Below, in pieces: positions 57,100-64,000 of a stretch of DNA of 64,000 nucleotides. Source of the stretch: Lachnospiraceae bacterium (GTDB lineage: Bacteria > Bacillota > Clostridia > Lachnospirales > Lachnospiraceae). Every line of letters starts with the position of its first letter. The first letter of the stretch is position 1. The stretch covers positions 40,129 through 104,128 of the forward strand of contig JALENY010000033.1 of NCBI GenBank assembly GCA_022767285.1. The letters run 5' to 3'. Position numbers and translations under genes: made by a program. The notes below the pieces were generated by a model. That model saw only the letters and a list, made by a program, of their open reading frames with translations, was not told the origin of the DNA and did no database searches.

Positions 57100-57681
57100 A
57101 TGGATAACCGTGAGATAATCTTAAAAACAGCACTTTCTCTGTTTTGCGCCCGCGGCTACGATGCAGTGGGGGTACAGGAAATTGTGGACCAGGCAGGTAT
57201 TACAAAACCGACACTGTATTATTATTTCGGTAGTAAACAGGGTCTTTTGAAAGAAATTGTTGATTCGAATTGTGCTGCATTAAATAGCGGGTTTGCGGAT
57301 GCGACAAATATACAGGGAGATATTTCGGCAGTACTGTATCAGGTGGCCAGAGCATATTATGATTTTGCGGAGAGTCACAGAGAGTTTTACTTTTTCATGC
57401 TGAGCCAGTTTCGTTCGGGCCGTGAGACGGAAGGTTTTCAGGCAGTGTACCCTCAGGTCATTAAATACTACCGGATGTTGGTGAATGTGTTTGAGCGATT
57501 TTCGGATGTGTTGGGAAACATGAACGGACGCCAGGAACTGTTTGCGGTCAGTTTCATGGGAATCCTGGATTCCCATATGCTGGTGACTCTGCTGAATCGG
57601 GACAGCGTAACAGATCTCTCCGTATCCGACGAGAAAGTATACGAAATTGTGAGACAGTTTCTCTATGGAATCTTTTCTTAA
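57100..57681 (+). CDS. TetR/AcrR-family transcriptional regulator
   Basis: The N-terminal HTH is ALSLFCARGYDAVGVQEIVDQAGITKPTLYYYF. Confidence 0.88.
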   Translation: MDNREIILKTALSLFCARGYDAVGVQEIVDQAGITKPTLYYYFGSKQGLLKEIVDSNCAALNSGFADATNIQGDISAVLYQVARAYYDFAESHREFYFFMLSQFRSGRETEGFQAVYPQVIKYYRMLVNVFERFSDVLGNMNGRQELFAVSFMGILDSHMLVTLLNRDSVTDLSVSDEKVYEIVRQFLYGIFS

Positions 57682-57787
57682 TTTAAATGAAATGAGCCAA
57701 TGATACAGAATATGTTTCTGAGGTCCGTATCCCGCAAAAACTTTTTCTGGAGTGTTGGTATAAAAAGAATTTTAGGAGGTTTTAAAT

Positions 57788-59155
57788 GTGACAACCTGGT
57801 ATGAAGAGGCAATATTTTACCACATGTATCCAATCGGTATGACAGGAGTGCCGAGACAGAATACACAGACAGAGGTAACCCGGCATTTTGATGAACTGGA
57901 GGAGTGGCTTCCGCATATAAAAGAGATTGGCTGCAATGCCATTTACATTGGGCCGCTTTTTGAGTCAAATGCACATGGATATGATACCAGAGACTATAAA
58001 ATGGTTGACCGGCGGCTTGGCGATAATGATGATTTTAAGCATTTTGTTAAAACAGCTCACGAAATGGGAATCAAAATCGTGGTGGATGGCGTGTTTAACC
58101 ATGTGGGAAGAGATTTCTGGGCATTCAATGATGTAAAAATAAATCGAGAAAGATCGGTTTACTGCGGTTGGTTCAAAGGACTGAACTTTGGGTGGAACAA
58201 CGCGTATAATGATGGCTTTTCCTATGAAGCATGGCATAATTGCTATGAATTGGTAAACCTGAATCTCCCCAATGAGGAAGTTCGCCGCTATCTGATCAAT
58301 GATGTGGTTAACTTCTGGATCAATGAATTTGATATCGATGGTATTCGATTGGATTGCGCTGACTGTTTACCGGATTATTTTATGGAAGAACTGAGACGAT
58401 TTACAGACAGCAAGAAACCGGAATTCTGGCTGATGGGAGAAGTGATTCATGGGGATTACAACCGGTACCTGATTAACAACCGTCTGCACAGTGTGACCAA
58501 TTATGAGATGCATAAAGCATTTTATTCCGGACACAACGATCACAACTACTTCGAGATCGCACATAGCTGCAGGAGAGAATTTGAAGAGCATGGAGGAATG
58601 TACCGGGATAAACTGCTGTATTCCTTTGTGGATAATCATGATGTGGACCGCTTGATGAGCAAGCTGCGTGAACCGCGCCACATTTTTCCGGTATATACTC
58701 TCCTTTATACCATTCCGGGGCTGCCATCCATATATTATGGCTCAGAGTGGGGCATGGAAGGACGCAAACAAGGAGGGAATGACGATCCTCTGCGTCCGCA
58801 GGTCGTACTGTCCGAAGCGATTAACAACAACCAGAATCCGGAACTGACCCGCTGGATCACCATGCTTGCTCAGATCCGGAAAGAACAGAGTCCTATTTTG
58901 CAGAAGGGAGTCTATCGTGAGCTGCGTCTTACGAACCGGCAGTATGCTTTTTGCCGCGTCTATGAAGGAGATGCGGTTGTTGTTGCGGTGAACAATGATG
59001 AAAATTCTGCAGAATTCGATTTTACAGTTCCATTTCCTGACAAAGAATATTATAATAGAGTTACCAAAGAAAAATGCAGCCTGGAAAACGGACGGATCAG
59101 AGTTACTTTGGAAGCTTGCGGCAGTATAATATTAACAACCAAAAGTGAGGGTTAG
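57788..59155 (+). CDS. GH13 alpha-amylase-family glycoside hydrolase (cytoplasmic)
   Basis: DGVFNHVG, GIRLDCAD, GEVIH and FVDNHD are GH13 regions I-IV. The start is GTG, 8 nt after AGGAGG. No signal peptide is present. Confidence 0.85.
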   Translation: MTTWYEEAIFYHMYPIGMTGVPRQNTQTEVTRHFDELEEWLPHIKEIGCNAIYIGPLFESNAHGYDTRDYKMVDRRLGDNDDFKHFVKTAHEMGIKIVVDGVFNHVGRDFWAFNDVKINRERSVYCGWFKGLNFGWNNAYNDGFSYEAWHNCYELVNLNLPNEEVRRYLINDVVNFWINEFDIDGIRLDCADCLPDYFMEELRRFTDSKKPEFWLMGEVIHGDYNRYLINNRLHSVTNYEMHKAFYSGHNDHNYFEIAHSCRREFEEHGGMYRDKLLYSFVDNHDVDRLMSKLREPRHIFPVYTLLYTIPGLPSIYYGSEWGMEGRKQGGNDDPLRPQVVLSEAINNNQNPELTRWITMLAQIRKEQSPILQKGVYRELRLTNRQYAFCRVYEGDAVVVAVNNDENSAEFDFTVPFPDKEYYNRVTKEKCSLENGRIRVTLEACGSIILTTKSEG

Positions 59156-59158
59156 GAT

Positions 59159-61060
59159 ATGAAAAAGACCATGGAATTTAGCGAGTTAGATCAGTATCTA
59201 TTCGGGCAGGGTACACATTACGACATTTACAAAAAGCTCGGGGCGCATCCGCTGTCGCCGGACGGAGAAGGCGGAACGTATTTTGCAGTATGGGCACCGG
59301 ATGCCAAAAAAGTATCCGTTGTAGGTGATTTCAACGGATGGGATCCGGAAAAAAATGTGATGAAGCGGTTGGAGCCGCTTGGCGTGTTTGAATTGACGAT
59401 TGAAAATGCGAAACCGGGTGATTTGTACAAATATTGCATAGTCACACCCTTTGACACAACACTGTATAAAGCAGATCCTTACGGAAATGCATGTGAGATG
59501 AGACCTGGAACTGCATCGAAAATCGTCGATATATCAGATTTTAAGTGGTCCGACGGTACATGGATGAAAAAGCGTGCTCAGTTTGACGTGAATAAAGATG
59601 CGATGGTCATTTATGAGATGCATATCGGATCCTGGAAGAAACATCCGTCTACGGAAGAAAATCCGGCCGGTTTTTACAACTATCGTGAAGTGGCTGAGCC
59701 TTTGGTTGACTATGTGAAAAAGATGGGCTATACCCATGTAGAACTGATGGGCATCGCAGAGCATCCATTTGACGGTTCCTGGGGCTATCAGGTAACCGGA
59801 TACTATGCTCCCACATCCAGATACGGCACGCCGCAGGATTTCCAGTATCTGATCAATTATCTTCACAAAAATAAGATCGGTGTTATTCTTGACTGGGTAC
59901 CGGCACACTTCCCGAAGGATGCGCACGGTCTGGCCAACTTTGACGGATATGCAGTTTATGAACATGCGGATCCGAGACAAGGCGAGCATCCTGACTGGGG
60001 AACCAAGATTTTCAATTATGGCAGAAATGAGGTCAGCAACTTCCTGATCGCAAATGCGCTTTACTGGATTGAACATTTCCACATTGACGGACTTCGGGTT
60101 GATGCGGTGGCATCCATGCTGTATCTGGATTACGGCAAACAGGATGGACAATGGGTAGCAAACAAATACGGTGAAAACAAAAATCTGGAAGCAATCGAAT
60201 TCTTCCGTCACTTGAATACCTGTGTGACCAGAAGAAATCCGGGTGCTGTTATGGTTGCTGAGGAGTCCACCGCATGGCCGGGTGTAACGGCACAGCCGGA
60301 AGAGGGCGGCCTCGGATTTACCATGAAATGGAACATGGGCTGGATGAATGACTTCCTTGAATACATGAAGCTGGATCCGTATTTCAGAAAATACAATCAT
60401 TACAAGATGACGTTCTCCACTTCTTATGCTTACAGTGAGAACTACATACTGGTACTGTCTCACGATGAAGTGGTTCATCTGAAATGCTCTATGCTGAGTA
60501 AAATGCCGGGATATTTCATTGACAAGATTCATAACCTGATGGCTGGATACACCTATATGGTCGGACATCCGGGCAAAAAGCTTCTGTTCATGGGACAGGA
60601 TTTCGGCCAGCTTCAGGAGTGGAGTGAGGAACGTGAACTGGATTGGTTCTTGCTGAGTGAAGAGGAACACCGTCACCTTCAGGATTTTACAAGAGATCTG
60701 TTTGCGCTTTACAATAAATATCCATCCCTGCATGCAACGGATTATGATCCGAATGGCTTTGAGTGGATCAATGCGGACGATATGGACCGCAGTATTTACA
60801 GCTTTGTGAGAAAATCACCCACAAAGAGAAATAATCTGCTCTTTGTCATCAACTATACACCGGTGGCAAGACCGGACTATCGTGTAGGCGTTCCGAGAAA
60901 GAAACAGTACAAACTGATTCTGAACAGCCAGGATCCGAAGTACGGCGGAAATGAGGCACGTCCGGAAATCTACAAGGCAGAAAAATCCGAGTGTGACAGA
61001 AGACCATTCTCCTTTGCGTATGACCTTCCTGCATACGGAGTAGCGGTATTCCTGTATTAA
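59159..61060 (+). CDS. glgB: 1,4-alpha-glucan branching enzyme
   Basis: YEMHIGSW, WGYQVTGYYAP, DWVPAHF, GLRVDAVASMLY and EESTAWP. Confidence 0.93.
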   Translation: MKKTMEFSELDQYLFGQGTHYDIYKKLGAHPLSPDGEGGTYFAVWAPDAKKVSVVGDFNGWDPEKNVMKRLEPLGVFELTIENAKPGDLYKYCIVTPFDTTLYKADPYGNACEMRPGTASKIVDISDFKWSDGTWMKKRAQFDVNKDAMVIYEMHIGSWKKHPSTEENPAGFYNYREVAEPLVDYVKKMGYTHVELMGIAEHPFDGSWGYQVTGYYAPTSRYGTPQDFQYLINYLHKNKIGVILDWVPAHFPKDAHGLANFDGYAVYEHADPRQGEHPDWGTKIFNYGRNEVSNFLIANALYWIEHFHIDGLRVDAVASMLYLDYGKQDGQWVANKYGENKNLEAIEFFRHLNTCVTRRNPGAVMVAEESTAWPGVTAQPEEGGLGFTMKWNMGWMNDFLEYMKLDPYFRKYNHYKMTFSTSYAYSENYILVLSHDEVVHLKCSMLSKMPGYFIDKIHNLMAGYTYMVGHPGKKLLFMGQDFGQLQEWSEERELDWFLLSEEEHRHLQDFTRDLFALYNKYPSLHATDYDPNGFEWINADDMDRSIYSFVRKSPTKRNNLLFVINYTPVARPDYRVGVPRKKQYKLILNSQDPKYGGNEARPEIYKAEKSECDRRPFSFAYDLPAYGVAVFLY

Positions 61061-61160
61061 GCAAAAGACATTGGGAAAAGCATTTGAAAAAATCACTAAA
61101 GCATGGAAAAAAGGCGCTTATAAACAGCAAATGATCTTTTGCTTCGGTGAACGCTTATAG

Positions 61161-61205
61161 AAAAAAAGTAATAAAAAAATAAGTAATAAAAAAATAAGTA
61201 ATAAA
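61161..61205. repeat. Short A-rich tandem repeat
   Basis: AAAAAAAGTAAT, AAAAAAATAAGTAAT and AAAAAAATAAGTAAT lie directly before the terminator. Confidence 0.7.
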
Positions 61206-61246
61206 GATAACCCGGCGTGGCAATGGTCCCGCCGGGTTATCTTTAT
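61204..61246. terminator. Hairpin between convergent glgB and patatin genes
   Basis: AAGATAACCCGGCG and CGCCGGGTTATCTT form a 14-bp stem. Confidence 0.7.
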
Positions 61247-61263
61247 AAGCCATAATAAGTATT

Positions 61264-62106
61264 TTACTGTTTCATCCATCTTTTCAGTGCTTCCATTCGC
61301 TTCAATGCGTCCTCCCGTCCGGTGTTGTAAACGCGTTCCACACTCATCGGATTTTTCTCAATCCGACCGATCTCCAGATCTTTTTCCGGACGGATAACGA
61401 AGATTTCATCCTTCTTTTCCATATCCAAAATGGCCTCCGCTGTCTGATTATAGCTCAGATACCGATGATCAAGTGCCTCGGCAAAAGCAGGATATTTCCG
61501 GTAAACGATTTTTGCAAGTCCGGAAAATTCCGGTTTTTTTCGATAGTCCGCCGGTCTGGTCAGAACGACCACATTGCGAGTATAGCCCATATCACGGAAA
61601 GCCTGGACGGGAATACTGTCAGAGCAGCCGCCGTCTAAGTACTTCTTTCCGTCAACTTCCACAATTCGGGAAACATATGGCATGGATGCGGAAGCGCGGA
61701 GAAGATCGATCTGCACACTCATGTCGGTGATTCGGGGATATTCCGCTTTTCCGGTCTCCAGATTGGTACAAACTACATAAAAAGGGGTGGGATTTTGCCG
61801 GAAGGCCTCATTGTCAAAGATATCCAACTTCTCCGGCAGTTCATGGTAGCAGAATTCCACGCCCACCAGGTCGCCGGTGGTAATCAGGCTGCGAAAACTC
61901 ATGAAACGGTAATCGCCGCAGTAGTTTCGGTAATATCGAAGGCTCCGGCCTTTTTGATTTGAAATGAAAGAACAGCCGTGGATCGCCCCGGCGGAGTTCC
62001 CAATAACACCGTCAAATCCAAGCTCCTGTTCCATAAATACATCCAGTACGCCGGCTACGTAAATACCACGCATTCCGCCGCCTTCCAGTACAAGTCCTGT
62101 TTTCAT
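61264..62106 (-). CDS. Patatin-like phospholipase family protein
   Basis: GLVLEGGGMRGIYVAGV, GNSAGA and DGGCSDSIP. Its ATG overlaps the TGA of the upstream ATPase gene (ATGA). Confidence 0.85.
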   Translation of the reverse strand: MKTGLVLEGGGMRGIYVAGVLDVFMEQELGFDGVIGNSAGAIHGCSFISNQKGRSLRYYRNYCGDYRFMSFRSLITTGDLVGVEFCYHELPEKLDIFDNEAFRQNPTPFYVVCTNLETGKAEYPRITDMSVQIDLLRASASMPYVSRIVEVDGKKYLDGGCSDSIPVQAFRDMGYTRNVVVLTRPADYRKKPEFSGLAKIVYRKYPAFAEALDHRYLSYNQTAEAILDMEKKDEIFVIRPEKDLEIGRIEKNPMSVERVYNTGREDALKRMEALKRWMKQ

Positions 62107-64000
62107 CTTAATCCTCCATTTCGTCGATTCTCTTTTTTTCTTGCGTACCGGACGGAGCATTTTTTCATGATTCTTGAAGTCCAGTACAATACCATGATAA
62201 TCAGCAGCATGATCGGAATGAAAAGCAGTGACCACCAGGTAAAAACACTGTGCACACCGTAAAACCGGTGCAGGATAAGTATCGTAAATACAAATATTCC
62301 GATGCAGACGCTGACCAGAAGCTTCCGGAAGAAATTCAGCGGCGAGCAGACCTGGAGCACGACCAGCATGGCGACAATCTCCCCGGACACCAAAGAGAAC
62401 AGATAGGTCATATCCGGATTAAAATGGAACATGACAGACAGAATCTGTACCAGAAGAATACTCACCACCATGGCAGCTGCGCCGGGGACGGAGACCGCCA
62501 GCACATGTTTCAGAAAACCGTCGGAAGTTACTTTTTCCGTCTGCTCCAGTGTCAGTATAAAACTGGGAATGCCTATGGCAGTCATAGCGATCAGCCCCAG
62601 CTGCAGAGGGGTGTAAGGATAATCGCGCCGCAGCAGAATAAAAATCAGGCAAAGGACGATGGAATAAATTGTTTTTGTCAAATAAAGCGCGCTGACCCGC
62701 TCGATGTTTGAAATGATCATACGCCCTTCCCGAACGATATCTTTCATGCGCTTAAAATCAGAATCAAGAAGGACAATGTGGGCAGCCTGCTTTGCAGCAT
62801 CGCTTCCGGCAGCCATGGCAATGCCGCAGTCGGCATCCTTGATGGCGAGAACATCATTTACCCCGTCTCCCACCATGGCGACGGTATTGCCGGAGCGCTG
62901 GAATGCTTTTATAAAAGATTGCTTCTGCTCCGGTTTTACACGGCCAAATACATTGTATTTCAATATTTCCCGGGCCAGAAGCTCGGGATCTTCCGGGAGA
63001 GTAGTGGCATCTACATATTTTTCTCCACCGGACAGACCGGCTTTTACCGCAATACTGGATACGGTAGCCGGATTATCTCCGGAAATGACTTTAATCTGGA
63101 CGCCCTCTTTTGCAAAATAGGCAAAGGTATCTTTTGCATCGGTACGAATGCAGTCGGAAATGATAATGAGACCCATGGGGGTTAGACTTCCGATGGAGTC
63201 TGAGGCACTGTCAATGCCGCTGGAACGTGCAAGAAGCAGAACACGATAGCCATCATTAGAATATTTGTTTACAATATTTAATATATCCGGACGGTCGCCC
63301 ATCAGGAATTCCGGTGCTCCCAGAACATAATCTCCTTGTTCTGCAAAACGGATGGCACGATATTTCCGGGAGGAAGAAAAAGGAATCTTATCCAGCACAG
63401 TCCATTTCTGTGTCTGTTTAAAATAGGCCATCAGGGCAGACTGGGTAATATTCACGTCATCAAAGGCGAAGGCTGTCTCATTCATGACCATCTTGAATTC
63501 ATCTGCCGAAGTCCCTTTGAAGGTGAGCAGTTTAACTACTTCCAGATTACCCGTGGTGATTGTTCCGGTTTTGTCTGTACACAGGATATTTACTCTGGCA
63601 AGTGCTTCGATAGCTTCCATTTCCTGAACGAGAGCTCTTTTTTTGGCAAGGCGTCCCACTCCGAGAATAAAGGAAACACTGGTCAGAAGAACCAGCCCCT
63701 CGGGAATCATACCGATAACACCGGCAACAGTCCCCACGATCGCCTGAGAAAAATCGCCGTTTTGGGATTGATACTGGGAATAGTACAGAAGCAGGCCGAT
63801 GGGTATGATGGCGATGCTGACCACCTGAATGATTTTTTTGATGGTATTCTGCATTTCCGAGGTGGCGCGCTTTTTCGTTTTTGCCTTTTCTGTCAATTGG
63901 ACTGCGTAATTCTCCTGCCCCACATGCTCTGCACGTGCGACACCGCTGCCGGCAACAATAAAACTGCCGGAAAAGAGCGAATCCCCCTCTTTTTTCTTCA
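62103..64000 (-). CDS. Cation-transporting P-type ATPase, N-terminus outside window
   Basis: CTDKTGTITTGN (phospho-Asp), GDGVNDVLAIKDADCGIAMA and C-terminal TM helices. The frame stays open past 63923 to the window edge. Confidence 0.9.
   Translation of the reverse strand, partial: KKKEGDSLFSGSFIVAGSGVARAEHVGQENYAVQLTEKAKTKKRATSEMQNTIKKIIQVVSIAIIPIGLLLYYSQYQSQNGDFSQAIVGTVAGVIGMIPEGLVLLTSVSFILGVGRLAKKRALVQEMEAIEALARVNILCTDKTGTITTGNLEVVKLLTFKGTSADEFKMVMNETAFAFDDVNITQSALMAYFKQTQKWTVLDKIPFSSSRKYRAIRFAEQGDYVLGAPEFLMGDRPDILNIVNKYSNDGYRVLLLARSSGIDSASDSIGSLTPMGLIIISDCIRTDAKDTFAYFAKEGVQIKVISGDNPATVSSIAVKAGLSGGEKYVDATTLPEDPELLAREILKYNVFGRVKPEQKQSFIKAFQRSGNTVAMVGDGVNDVLAIKDADCGIAMAAGSDAAKQAAHIVLLDSDFKRMKDIVREGRMIISNIERVSALYLTKTIYSIVLCLIFILLRRDYPYTPLQLGLIAMTAIGIPSFILTLEQTEKVTSDGFLKHVLAVSVPGAAAMVVSILLVQILSVMFHFNPDMTYLFSLVSGEIVAMLVVLQVCSPLNFFRKLLVSVCIGIFVFTILILHRFYGVHSVFTWWSLLFIPIMLLIIMVLYWTSRIMKKCSVRYARKKENRRNGGLR

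Noticed and set aside
61161-61205. A-rich 15-bp tandem repeat after glgB as a functional element.
   Set aside because: It is very short (about 3 units) and low-complexity, and it sits directly next to a terminator hairpin. It is most simply explained as slippage in an A-tract. I list it as a repeat only.
1-64000. Prophage, integrative element, IS or transposon, restriction-modification or other defence island.
   Set aside because: No integrase, transposase, recombinase, phage structural, methyltransferase/endonuclease or known defence-domain ORF is visible. The only compositional outlier is the AMP-ligase/FN3 gene, and no flanking direct repeats or mobility genes were seen around it.

Overview
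The window looks like a core chromosomal segment of a spore-forming, anaerobic Firmicute, probably a Clostridia or Lachnospiraceae-type organism. Supporting genes are spoVT, hydF, two rubrerythrins with a PerR-like regulator, dnaE, pfkA and metG. About 60 genes are densely packed on both strands. They include a GlcNAc module (PTS EIICB, nagB, nagA), a divergent PTS-Lac-family/GH4/RpiR sugar locus, Ktr/Trk K+ uptake and the birA-coaX-dusB-rsmA housekeeping genes. Glycogen genes (GH13, glgB), two RelQ/RelP-like small alarmone synthetases, two patatin-like lipases, one tRNA-Gln and one clear cobalamin riboswitch are also present. I found no transposase, integrase, phage gene, CRISPR array or recognisable defence operon. 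The items most worth a second look are listed here. (1) A B12 riboswitch controls a monocistronic lipoprotein made of a CbiK-type chelatase plus an unassigned C-terminal domain. (2) An AT-richer orphan gene fuses an adenylate-forming enzyme to two FN3-like domains, and four tandem 10-bp repeats sit just upstream of its -35. (3) A dispersed family of hairpin-array repeats occurs at four intergenic sites and brackets metG on both sides. (4) A 13-bp anti-Shine-Dalgarno inverted repeat lies in the spoVT leader. (5) A Cys-rich three-gene operon encodes a Zn-ribbon protein, a DUF5685-like protein and a J-domain protein with a cysteine-string tail. (6) A TPR/coiled-coil/AAA+ protein has a degenerate Walker B motif. 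(7) An odd four-gene operon combines an EIIC-like protein, CobO, a SAS and a PH-domain protein. All functional calls come from reading motifs by eye. No database search was run.
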